From: Gracilinanus agilis
Taxonomy: Eukaryota
Assembly (NCBI RefSeq): GCF_016433145.1
Contig: NC_058135.1
Location: 274,053,009-274,117,008 of the forward strand
Length of the DNA: 64,000 nucleotides
Reading direction: 5' to 3'
In this document: positions 12,514 to 24,419 of the stretch, in pieces
Position numbering within the stretch: the first letter of the stretch is position 1
How the letters are laid out: the number at the start of each line of letters is the position of its first letter
Notes under the pieces: model-generated
Database searches by the model: none
What the model was told of the DNA's origin: nothing
The model's input: the letters and a program-made list of their open reading frames with translations, nothing else
Translations under genes and position numbers: made by a program

Positions 12514-12567
12514 GGGCAGCTGGGTGGCTCAGTGGATTGAGAACCAGGCCTAGAGATGGGAGGTCCT
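12514..12567 (+). mobile_element. tRNA-derived marsupial SINE head (A box only), 5' part of a chimeric retrocopy
   Basis: gggcagctgggtggctcagtggattgagaaccaggcctagagatgggaggtcct closely matches the first 54 nt of the full SINE at 44852-45060 and stops just before the B box. Confidence 0.9.
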
Positions 12568-13238
12568 TTTCTTAAAGTGTTCATTCCATCGCTGTTCATC
12601 TCTCATGTTTTGGCTTTGGGACTAGGCATCTATATTGGAAAACGACTGAGCTCCCCGTCGGCTAGCACCTACTGAGGGAGAGGAGAGCCCTGGACGTGCG
12701 CGTGCCCTGTGAAGTGCTGTCCCTGTCACGTTAGTGTATTTGAACTTGAGACCATTCTAAGCATGCCCCAGCCCAAGATCTCTTTTTACCTAGCCACGTT
12801 CCAGCTCCTCTTGGGACTCAGTATTTTATTCGAACTCTTGGGAGGCATTTTCATGACCTCATGCCCTTTTTGGCCTGTAGACCCTCAGAGTTTCCTCACA
12901 GAGTTTACCAATGTCTAGAAATTTTCGGAGTCTTCTTTTCGACGCAGATGCCAACAGCAAGTGATTTTTCCGCAGCCTTCTTTGTCTCCTTCTTTTCCAT
13001 CCCAACTGAGTTAGAGCTTCAGCCTTCCCATAGAAATGCTGCCTGCTCTAGGACAGCAGTCATCACTCTTTTAAAAAAGAAGGCAGGCTAGCAAGTATCC
13101 TATCAAACTCTGATTTTTCAAGATAAAGACAAGCTCTCCATAAGCTCACAATTTATAGTTATAAAAAAAAAAAAGAAAAAGATACATGAGAAAAAGTAGT
13201 CTGTGGCAATAAAAAATATCTCAAACCAAAAAAAAAAA
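12568..13238 (+). pseudogene. BNIP3L: 5'-truncated processed pseudogene of BNIP3L/NIX (C-terminal TM coding region + 3'UTR + polyA)
   Basis: 12568-12675 translates [35 protein letters not shown], matching the recalled BNIP3L C-terminus; AATAAA 13208-13213; A-tail 13228-13238; 15-bp TSD aaaactgtagctatt at 12499-12513 and 13235-13249. Confidence 0.93.
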
Positions 13239-14519
13239 CTGTAGCTATTACTTTTATTCTTAGGTAGATTGTAATATTCAAAATAATACCAATGAAAAGG
13301 AAGAAAAAACATTGAACTCTGCAATTTATGAAGGCACTAGTAAATTTTAGCATCTATTAAGTAATTAGTCTGTCTATACTATTTCAGATTAAATAGGTAT
13401 GGGAGACAATGGTGGAATAAAAGAAACTGTTGCAATGGTCTAAGAATGGGAATTTTATTGATAGAATGAAATTCTTAGCTCTGATTGTCAGGGATCAGAA
13501 CTCTTAATTTAGACTATACCTATATGTGTATGCATGTGTATATGTGCATGGGTCTATATATACCATATATTGTGATATAAAATATACACATGCCCAAACA
13601 TATATTTTAATGCACATATAATATATACATGCATAATAATATAAATGCATATACATATTTGCACATATATGACTATGTTTGATTTTTTCAAAGTAGAAAG
13701 TCTACTAGGAAGCCTGATCAGATAAGAAAATAGTATTGAAAATATGATGAGTAATTTTCCTTGTGTGGTGGCTATTTATAACAGTTTGGGAATTTGAGTG
13801 TTGTGTCCTTGGTCTTGATACATAACTGCTTAGTGGTATTAAGAGGTCTCCTCTGTGGCCTCGAACTGTTTTCCTATTACAACCACAGAGAGGAGGAGGG
13901 TTCATTTATACAATATCAGCAATTGAATGTAAATTAGAAGTAAACTTTCCCAAATTTTCATAACAGCTAATATTACTAAGGCAATGAGGGCCTCTATGGA
14001 GATTGGTCTTTCCATATGCAAAATTTACCTTTTTTTTAAGGAATGGTGATTAAATGGGAGGAAGAGAGAGAAAGAAGAGAATTCCTACCCTTTATAAAGC
14101 ACTGCCCTAAAATCTAAGCATGCATATTTAAAAGAAAAGATAGTCTACCTCAAGGAAATTATATTCTATTGGAGGAAACCACACACAAAGAGAACAGTGC
14201 AATAAAAGGCACTTTATTCTTCAAAGTAACAAGGATAGTCAGTGGAATCCTAGAGTAGTAAGCTTATAGGTACCATCAAGGAACAGTGATAGAACTTACT
14301 TGATCAAGGTTCCAGAACTGCAGAGTGGGGGTTGATAAGAAGGTTGAGAGGAATGATAGGACATAACAAGGAAATTGAGCCCACATATAAAGTTGTGAAG
14401 CATCCAAATACTTGGTAATCAAAAATTGTATAAATAATCATTAAAGAAATAATTATTTTATTCCCCTTAGATGGCCCAGAGGATACAATGTTGTGCCTTG
14501 AGTCAGGAATTCCTATCTT

Positions 14520-14715
14520 CAAGAATGAATTCTAGACCCAGACAGCTGAATGAGTTGGACATGTGACCTAACCCAGTCTGACACAGCTTTCTCATTTGTA
14601 AAAATCAAACTGAAGAAGAAATTGATAAACTACTCAATTACTCCATTATCTTTGACAAGCAAACCTCAATTAAGTCACAAAGAGTCAGACATGATTAAAC
14701 AACAAGAACAACGAA
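14520..14715 (+). mobile_element. MAR1-type CORE SINE (MIR core + BovB-derived tail)
   Basis: Core tgtgacctaacccagtc...ctcatttgtaaaa plus tail gtcacaaagagtcagacatgattaaacaac. Confidence 0.6.
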
Positions 14716-14843
14716 ATAATCACAGTCACATATGTGCCTTCCTCCATATAGTATTTACACAAAGAATCAATTTCATTTACAAGAATGTCATATGTTCAGT
14801 TCTAAAAGTGGTCCTGAGTCATATGTTGTTTCTTCATAGTAGA

Positions 14844-15773
14844 TTATTTGTTACTCCAGGCAAATCTTTGACTCCATAACTTCCTCATGGCACTTTTTAC
14901 CTCTGCATTTCTCAGAGTGTAGATCAATGGGTTTAACATGGGGGTTATCATGGTGTAAAATACAGCCATAGCTTTGTCAATGGGAAAGGTAGTCATGGGA
15001 CGAAGATAGACAAAAATACAGGGAATGAAGAATAAGACAACCACAGTAATGTGGGACAGACATGTAGAGAGGGCTTTTTGCCTCCCTTCTGAACCATGTG
15101 TTTTCAGGGAGTAAAAGATGACAATGTAGGAGGAAATTAGCATGGTGAATATTAGCACACACATTACCCCACTGTTTGCAGCAATAAAGAGAGCAAAGGG
15201 GTGAGTATCAATACAGGCGAGTTTCAGCAATGGGAAAAAATCACAAATAAAATGGTCCATAACATTGGGACCACAGAAGGGCAACCAAAATACCGACACG
15301 ATCTGTATTGTGGCATGAAGAAAGCCCCCCAGCCATGCCAGCCCCACCAGTATACCACACAAATGTTGGTTCATGATGGTCATATAGTGCAGAGGTTTGC
15401 AGATGGCCACATAGCGGTCATAGGCCATCACCGTGAGCAGGATGATCTCAGCGCCACCAAAGAAATGTTCTGCAAAGAGCTGAGTCATGCACCCATTGAA
15501 AGAGATGGATTTTCTCACCGAGAGTGAGTCAATTATCATTTTGGGGGCCATAGTGGATGAACAGCAGCCATCTATGAAGGACAAATAGGACAGGAAATAG
15601 TACATGGGTGAGCCTAGAGCCTTGCTTGTGGTGATAGTGATGATAATTAGCAAGTTGCCTGCCAGTGTTGCCAAGTAGATGAGCAAAAACACCACAAATA
15701 TAATTTTCTGCATCTTTAGATTCTCTGTGAGTCCCAGGAGAATGAATTCAGTCACATTATTAATTCCCTCCAT
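14844..15773 (-). CDS. olfactory receptor, family 4 subfamily C (intact 309 aa)
   Basis: Intact ORF with [36 protein letters not shown]. Confidence 0.96.
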   Translation of the reverse strand: MEGINNVTEFILLGLTENLKMQKIIFVVFLLIYLATLAGNLLIIITITTSKALGSPMYYFLSYLSFIDGCCSSTMAPKMIIDSLSVRKSISFNGCMTQLFAEHFFGGAEIILLTVMAYDRYVAICKPLHYMTIMNQHLCGILVGLAWLGGFLHATIQIVSVFWLPFCGPNVMDHFICDFFPLLKLACIDTHPFALFIAANSGVMCVLIFTMLISSYIVIFYSLKTHGSEGRQKALSTCLSHITVVVLFFIPCIFVYLRPMTTFPIDKAMAVFYTMITPMLNPLIYTLRNAEVKSAMRKLWSQRFAWSNK

Positions 15774-16349
15774 CTATACACAGGAGTAAAAAAATACATA
15801 TGTTCAAGTATATTTACATGAAATGACAATAGCAATGATTGGTAGTGCTTTTAAATTTAATAAACTACGTATTTCATATCTTCCCAGGGGGAACATCATT
15901 TTAAATATTGAGAAATAAAAGAGATAAGTGAAAAGATAAAAGACTCATTCCTGCTTCTCATTAGTGGCTTTCTGAACAAAAATGATACTGAGTCTAATCC
16001 ATACATCTGCCTCCATAATCCTTATCTTCAGCCCTTGCTCCTAGACATCTCATTCATTTTCTTGAGTCATGGACAGAAACTATATCTATAAGTTCCTCCA
16101 GTAAACAACATTTTAGTAACACCTGGCAGAAACATCTAGCAAGAACATGAGCATAAGGCATGTATTTTCCTGTTCTTGTCAAAGATAGGTATACATTAAA
16201 TTTTGAGGGTATGTACTCTGCCACTTACATAAATTATTCCAATCCTATTATAAAGCACACATCCACACTCTACATGAATCAATCAACATATATTGTAATT
16301 AGGTCATAGAATTAGAAATGTGTAAAATGAACTCAGAGCCTGTCTAAAG

Positions 16350-17000
16350 TCTAGGAATTCCAATGAGGAAATTATTTTCAAGTCAATTTTGAGTACAGCA
16401 AGAAGCATCGAACACTTTTTTCCTGGTGCCATGTTTAAAATCTTTTCAATAAGATATCACTTTAAATATTGGAAAACACTAATCAAGTCTCCATTATTCT
16501 TTTTACTGGGTCAAACATCCTCATGACTTGGCCCAGGCCTTATTAGCTCCAAGATATTTGTCTCTTGATCTTTGCTGAATTCTTCCACATTTTTCGCTAA
16601 TCTTTCTAATATATTCCCCACAATTAATGACAGTTCTCCAGAAATGTCACTGCTGGCTCATAGTGTGACAAGCCTAATACCTTCTAATTCTAGATGCTAT
16701 ATGTCTCTAAATTGGGGCTAATATTTCATCCAATTTCTTTAATGCTATATCATCTAACTAATGTATATTAAAGCTGAAGTTCATTAAAACTGATAAGTAT
16801 TTTCACATTATCTAGCTGAATCTTCTCCACCTTGTACTTGTGGAATTTATTGTGTAACCTAAGTCTAAGACACCATGTTTTTTCTTTAATATATATTTTT
16901 CACATTATTATTACATCTCTAAATAAAAATGTCTGTTGATGACAAACTCATTTAATGTGAGGATTAATTTTTAAAGAGTCCTACATATTAGCAATCTTTT
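16350..17000 (-). mobile_element. L3/CR1 LINE relic
   Basis: Degenerate CR1 antisense signature (atacCttctaattctagatgctatatgtctc...aagctgaagttcattaaaac...atcttctccaccttgtacttgtgga). Confidence 0.55.
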
Positions 17001-18249
17001 TTAAAAATTTGAATCAATATATGCATCTTTTATCCTTCATCCACTGGTTTTAGTTGTGCCATCAATGGCTAAGCAGAGAGTTTCAGAGGCAGCCTAATGA
17101 AATAGAAAGAACATTGGATTAAACAAGGAAATTCTAGAATTCTTATTTATTATTCATCTGATCTCAAGCAAGTTAGTTAACCTTTCTGGGTCTTAACTTC
17201 CTCTTCTAGAAAAAAGAGAGCTATACTAGACAACATCTAAATTCATTTGCAGCTTGGATCTTCTGACCTCAATTCTTCTAAGAGATAGTCTCTCTGCTTA
17301 CAAATCCTTTTGTTAAGAGCAATGGTTGTGGAGGCACAACTTTACTACTTGTCATTTCTGAGTTGTGTGTAGCATAAGGCATTTCAACTATTTTGTCCCC
17401 AAAATTCATTGATCTGATCAACTGAACTTTGCTTAGGCCCATGAACACATAGTTGAATGCCTGGGAAATTAGTGGGATTCAGGAATCAAGAAAACTTCAC
17501 ATCCTGGAACATGAGAGAAGTGTGAGAAACAGGGAGGAAATGAACATAAAATTGATAATATACATAAACACAATTAGTCAAGATAACAGTTTAGATTTAA
17601 TTTACTGCAAGCTCAGTATGTGTCAAAAGGTGACTTTTTGAGGAAAATTGTTATACTTCCTGATCTCTGAAGCTGCTAGATCCTCAACCCACTCTTCAAA
17701 ATGAACAAACCAACCACCAATTCTTTAAATTAATTTAAAATGACTTATCCAAGGCAATTACAACTTGAATTCTGAACTTGGAGTCATTAAGACCTGAATT
17801 CAAATCCTATAAAAGACACTTATTAGCTTGTTACCTTAAGTAAATCACTTAATTTCTTTCCTCCTTAATTTTTATGTTTGTAAAGCTGGGATAATAACAA
17901 CAACTGCCACACAGAGTAGTTATATCAAATGAAATAACATATATAAAACCATTTTGCAAACTTAAAGCACTACATAAATAATATACATTTATGCATTATA
18001 AGAATGATGTATATCTTTATATGTTTACACACAGACATTCACCCATCCTTATAAATATGTATGAGTATATGACAATAATACATACCTATATGTGTACTGC
18101 ATTAACATGTATTATATTGTATGTATATTATATGTTTGGATGTATATGCATGTGTTTATATAAGTGAACTTATGAGCACATATATATACTTCCATGTGAG
18201 TATATATAGATGCATGTAAGTAAATGTGTTTAAGAATATATAGTTCATA

Positions 18250-18500
18250 TGCTGTTTCTGTTCTTTTGCTTTTCAGTCCTGTCCACTTTGTGACATTATT
18301 TGAGGCTTTCTTTTAGAAGACAGTGGAATTGTATGCCATTTCTTTCACCAGCTTATTTGAGAAATAAGGAAACTGAGGCAAAAATGACTTAGTGCCATGC
18401 CAGGGGTCAAAAGTCTAGTAAACATCCGCATTCAGAATTGAATTCAGGAAGCTGTATCTTCCTTACTGCAAGCCCAGCACTCTCTCCATTCTACCACATA
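18250..18500 (-). mobile_element. MAR1-type CORE SINE
   Basis: ttcagtcctgtccactttgtgacattattt...gaggaaactgaggcaa...agtgccatgccaggggtca. Confidence 0.55.
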
Positions 18501-18739
18501 GCTGACTTTAGAGTGTATTTTTATATGACTATACATAAGTGTATGAATGAGTATGTGTGTATACATGCATACATGTATGAATGTACATATAGTCTCCCTT
18601 AAAATAATGTTCTTCAAGAAAGTCAATATAATATTTTTTCATAATATTACCAGCAACAAGCATATTGCTGGTAAATAAGAGAAGAAGCTCTTAATAAATG
18701 CTTGTTGATTGCTTGACTGAATGGTGATAGACTGCATTA

Positions 18740-19200
18740 AAAGAAAACTAGTGTGCAGAATGATAGAAATGACTCTACAGCTATACTCAGTCATAGCAAG
18801 ATGATATATGATTCATTTTCTTTGGTTCTGGGAATCGCATTTTAGAAAGAACGTAGTGGATCTATAAAGTGTCCAAGGCCCAGGAAAACATGACTGGATT
18901 ATAAAAGTCATTCAGATACTAGTATATGGAAAGTAGTTAAAGATACTGGTGTGTTCAACATGAATAAGAAGAGACTTCAGGGTAGGTGAAGAGAAAGTTT
19001 GATTTCTTCAGATGTTTAAATGTTTTAATATAGAAAGAGGAACAAATATTATGTTGGACAAAAAATAAAGAATGAGAAATAATAGGCTGAAGTTTCATTA
19101 AAATATGTTTAGCTTGGTGGTAAGGCACAATAGTCAACATTTTGAACTACATAAAAGTAGAATGGCCTACCTGGGGAAGTTTCCCTTTCATCAGGAAAAA
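18740..19200 (+). mobile_element. L3/CR1 LINE 3' relic
   Basis: tggttctgggaatcgcattttagaaag...aataggctgaagtttcatt...gaatggcctacctggggaagtttccc. Confidence 0.55.
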
Positions 19201-19214
19201 TAAATCCACTGCAC

Positions 19215-19890
19215 TGATATAGGGAATTTAGATAAAGTCAAATAAGTCAAAAGTCTCCAAGTCAAGGTAGAAAGTTAGATTTTATTGGAAGAGGGCCATA
19301 TCTTCCAAAAAAATGATCTCTTGCACATATTACATAGTTAGACCCCAGCAAGAAACAATTCAAAGAAGCACAGATCTGGCTTATATACTAGTACAGTAAT
19401 AAAATGAATATTTCCATACAAGGTGCATGACATATCTCCATACAAGGTTTGGACTTATATCACAAGACATCATATAGAACTTCTTAGGATACAGTTACCA
19501 AACAACAAAGCTTATTGATTAGTTCATTTAGGAAAGCCCATATTAGTCTAAAGTGAAATCACCAGGCAATGCCCTTATTTAGAAAATAATGATGACCTTT
19601 ACCTAAGACTCATCTGATCTGGAGGGGGAAGGATGTTACTTATGGTTATTTCCAAAAAGGGAAGGGTGTAGATATTTCCACCATACCTGGACATGAGAAT
19701 CAGATGGTCAGTATCTTAGGCTAAAGGGAAATGCAAACTTAGGGAGGGAAAGGAAACCTGCTTAGAAGCAGTTTTATGCTTTAGTTAGAAGTCCTTATAA
19801 AATCATGAATTCTCCTGATTGTAATTAAGATTATGATGGAATTATACTAATTGTTTTAGAATCACAATTCTGATTATCTTAAACCTATCA
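19215..19890 (-). mobile_element. solo ERV LTR
   Basis: TGATATAGG...CCTATCA inverted termini, tttatt (minus-strand AATAAA), LTR-like composition; TSD not resolved. Confidence 0.5.
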
Positions 19891-20382
19891 CTATCACTAA
19901 AATCCAGTCAAGTATAAGGGGGTAGGGGGTCTATCTTTTCAATGGGATCTTTAATAACTATTTAAATAATTTTGTGGTAGATTTTTGAAGAGTCTTTTGT
20001 TCAGTTATTGGTTAGACTAAATGATCTGTAAAATCCTTGAAAACTCTTAGATTTTGTGAGTAGTTCATTGTCATTTACAATCAGCTACCCTAATAATCTC
20101 TTAAAGAAATGTTTAAAAAATCCCTAAACCACTATTGTTGGTTTAGTCGTACAGCCACACTCCTAAATTTTGATGATTTCTCTCAAGAATTCATAACTAC
20201 ACTGAGATTTTTATATCCTTTCAATTTCCCCAAATTTATACTTGAATATGAGCTCATTCCTCTTGCTTTGTAGATTTGGTTTGGAGAGAGATATGAATTC
20301 CAACATATACCTTATTATCTGTCATTCTGAATATGTACTATGCAACATCATTTTCTGATAAGAAAATGGAGAGCAAATTGAG

Positions 20383-20909
20383 TGACAACCAATAGTTTGG
20401 AATTTGGAACTTTACCCAGATGCCATGATACAAGAGACAAAAGACAGTTGATGCCAACACTATAAAAAGGCATGAGCTGAAGCAAACAGTCTCTCAGGGG
20501 TGGCTGGGTGGGTAGGCTAAACAACCTTCTTGAGTTACTTGTATCCTGCTTAATTGATTACCATATTATTAACTACTGAATAGAGCTGTGAGATATATAC
20601 CAATTACCTGATTATTAAGAAGAATATCATCAAGCCTCAGTCCATCTGGTCAAGGACAAGGTGCCCGACCTGACTAGGGCCAGAGAGGAGAGGCACCTCA
20701 CCAGTCAACTAACACAACCTGATTATCTCTATCATCTATATTCTAAAATAGATTCCCAACACCTCATTCCTCAACCTTGATCCTTCCCCTGAGTTTATTT
20801 TAGTTAAATTCTTAAAACTCATTTAGGCAAAGGCTGATTTTATCCTAAAGATCAGTTTAATATTCTGGCATCTAAGGGGAAAGAGAATATTTTAGCTAAA
20901 CCACAGTCA
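20383..20909 (+). mobile_element. solo ERV LTR
   Basis: TGAC...GTCA termini, TATAAAA near 20461, LTR-like composition; TSD not resolved. Confidence 0.45.
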
Positions 20910-23409
20910 ACCTTGTTATCCATTTATCATTAACATTTATCTAATCAACCCTAATATATGTCTATCAACTCAAGCCCAGAACAATCAGACAGAGAAGCTG
21001 TGTGACTCTATTCATAGTTTCTCACTGGATTATTTAGTTCTGAGCACTGTAGGTGGAAACTGGTGTTTGGCTGAGATGCAATCAGTTTGGAAACTAGTGT
21101 TCACTTTCTCAAAGTTGGTATTCATTTAGGCTTCCCATCCTTTTTCAGCTTAGGTCCTTAAACCATCTGAGGACCTTGGGTCATCTCTTTATCAGAACCA
21201 ATCCAGAAGCACCATACCGCCCATAACAGGTACTTCAACTTTCTTAAAAACAACACACATTAATAAATGTTAAAAAAAAATTAATAAATGTTAAAAAAAA
21301 CACACAGACATCAATAAAACGTCACTAGCAAGGCATTATTCCAAAGTGATAAGAAGCTGACCTCGAAATAAGGAAAAACTGACTTTAATCCTTCTGTAGA
21401 TTGGGAATGAGACCATGACAAGTGATTTTACCTCTTAGCTTTCCATATAACTCTCTAAATCTACAAGTGGAAGAACAGATTGTGAGATTCTTCTCTAAGT
21501 GTACCTTATACCATTGGAATCACTGAAGATCCAAACTAATAATTAAAAATTATTAAAATATACAATTATATCTATATATCAATGCCTACACCTATACTTA
21601 ACTATTAAAAGCATAATAATAAGTTAATCATGAGGATGAAATGATATGATATTTATAAAGCATATTATGGATTGAAAACCCATTATATATGTAAGATGCA
21701 AATTTTTAAAAATTTATTCTTGAAAATAAATGTTGAAATATACCTTCAAGACTCTGAGATTTTAGTAGAGATATAGGACTTTATGATCAAGGGACTGAGA
21801 GACAAGTGAAGATGACTTACTCATAGAAATATTCATTTAGTGCTATAAAGAAATTTAGAGGGCATTTAATGTTTCCTCATTTTATAAATGAGGTAGTTCC
21901 AGTCACAAAAAGGAAAATTACTTATCAAATATATCACAATAGTAAATGTTATAATCTGATGATTTTTGAAACCTGGACTCTCCAGCTCCAAATTCAATAA
22001 CATTCTCACTGTGCCAGTATCCATTTTCATCATTTTTTAATTTAAAAAAAGATTAAGAGATTTAGGTGATTCTCTAAAGGTTACACACTAATAGGTGTGC
22101 TAAACTCAACTGAAGATTAACTACCATCAATAGCAGTAACCAAAGTTTCTTACAGTAAAGAATGGCTTTCCATCTTTAATAGTTTTTAAATGAAAGAGAT
22201 GAAGATTTAAAAAATAATATCCTGATCACCATATTTTCTAGTAAGGTCATGAGTGTTTATCATTACTTGACAAATATCAGAGAGGATTAAGGGTTAAACT
22301 TGGAATCAGAAGACACAGGTTCAAATTCACTTCAGACACTGATTAAATGTGGGACTCTTGAAAAACACCCAAGACTTAGTTTCATTATCTGTAGAGTGGG
22401 GATAATAATATTTATTCCACTCATTTGACAAGATTATTATGAAGAATTTTCTTTATAAATATCTAAAAATAAGAATTTCCTACTATTATGAGATACTTTA
22501 ATACTATGGAGATTGCAGTGGACTGGTCATAGGGTATTCACTGACAGATTATAGATATTCTAGTATTTATGCCCTGTTACTGCATGCTATGAATCATAGG
22601 TGGTTGTGCTGTTTTAAAGATGGAAATAATATTTTTTTGTTTAAATCAGGATGTATGCAGCTATGGCCACAGATGCTATCACAAAATTTTAATGTAGTAA
22701 ATGAATAAAAATTGAATGCCTTATAAGAAGTTAAACATATTAAATCCATGTCTCTATGAGAATACTACAGATTTAAGTGACAGTTATGAAGTATGAGATG
22801 ATTTTATACACAAAGAAGCAATCCTATAATGGGTGAAATCTACCCAATATTACCATACTAATTAATATTGGAGATAAAATTTCAATCTAGGCCTTCAGGA
22901 TTCAGTTCCCCACTCTCCTTGTAACTCTTATATTTTAGGGCATCTACTCTTTGGAGGTAGACTTTTCCAGGACTTATTGAAAAAAATCACTGACAGGATC
23001 TAAATTCAAAAGTCACAAGTCAAAGATCAAACATAACATAAATGCTCAGAAAAAAAAAAAAAGGATCATCATTTTAAGAGAAGAGGAAGAAATGAATCAG
23101 GACTACAAGTACAGTGAAAAATTACCTGGATAAGACAGTTCTACTTGAGGCAAATTTCTTTCCAGAACTAATTTTTCAAAATTGCTATGTCAAGACTTGA
23201 GGATTTGTTTTTGTTCCCAATACACAATTTCTTTCCTCTTTCATTCTGGTTTGTCACCAGAAACAGAATTGAGTTCAATGTTAAGTGATGTCATTAGTGA
23301 GGCTCCTTCCCTCTGACATTAGCTCCTAAAATGTGCTTCTGAAACCTTTCAGAATTGTCTTCTGAACTATTCTCACTCTGAAGGCAAAGAAAGCTTTCTT
23401 TTATGCTGG

Positions 23410-23640
23410 CTTCATTCAAAGAACTGACCTCTTAGCATCTCTGAGGATTTCTAATTGGTCCTGGTAGAAGGATCTGCCAAAGTAGCAGTAAAATTGATTT
23501 AACTTCTACAAACTTCTTTTTTTTCAGACAGGTGGATGGGATGAGCAGATGAAGGTATCCAATGAGGAATTGTGTTGGGCTGTGGGCCACCCTAATCAAG
23601 ATTAGTGGCTGAACTCTGGCTAAGATTAGGTGGCAATCAG
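23410..23640 (-). promoter_or_regulatory. candidate OR promoter block for gene 14844-15773
   Basis: Aligns with 33541-33790: ctgaggatttcTAATTGgtcctggtagaagg, gattagtggct (23600-23610) and ctaagattaggtggca (23620-23635). Confidence 0.65.
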
Positions 23641-23870
23641 TGTTGAGAATTAATGCATAAAGAATTTTTTTAAAAATAGAAAATATTACCTGAACTTGTG
23701 CAAAGAAAAGTAAAGTCAGGAAAACAGTGTATATAATGACCACAAAATTTTCAAGAAAGCATCACTTAATTTCAATTCAATTAAGATTAATTATAGTAGT
23801 CATTTTGGCTGCAAAAAAGCTGATGATAATTTTCATATATATGTATGTATGTATGTATACATGCATCTGT

Positions 23871-24125
23871 AGGGCATCTAGGTTCACACAGTTGTTAGAG
23901 CTCCTGACTTAGTAAAACTCATCTTCTTGAATTAAAATCCAGCCTCAGACACTTATTAGTTGTGTGACCCTGAGCAAGTCACTTAACCCCGTTTGCCTTT
24001 TTTCCTCATCCATGTAATGAGCTAGAGAAGGAAATGGTAAACTTCTCTGATATTTTTGCCAAAAAATAAAACAAAAAAAATGACTCACAAAGAGTCAGAT
24101 GTGACTGAGAACTACTCAATAAAAA
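23871..24125 (+). mobile_element. MAR1-type CORE SINE
   Basis: tRNA-like head, core agttgtgtgaccctgagcaagtcacttaacc, BovB-like tail gagaaggaaatggtaaac...cacaaagagtcagatgtgactgag. Confidence 0.75.
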
Positions 24126-24222
24126 TATGCAAACATGTGAATATGTTTATGTGCATAAATAACACCAGTGATCATTTTTGGTAGCAATTTCCAGGGTTTC
24201 TTTTTTTTTTAGAGACCAATTT

Positions 24223-24411
24223 AGGGAGGATTTAGGTAGCTCAATGGATAGAAAGTCAGGTCATGTATTCCAAGCTGGTCTCAGTCACTTCCGAATTGTG
24301 TGATCCTGGGCAAATCACTTAATCCCTATTGACTAGCCTTTACCACTCTTCTGCCTTGCAACTGATACTTAATATTGATTTAAGACAGATGGTAAGAGTT
24401 TATAAAAATAA
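24223..24411 (+). mobile_element. older opossum-type CORE SINE
   Basis: ggtagctcaatggatag...tgtgtgatcctgggcaaatcacttaa...ctagcctttaccactcttctgcctt. Confidence 0.7.
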
Positions 24412-24419
24412 ATCTACAA

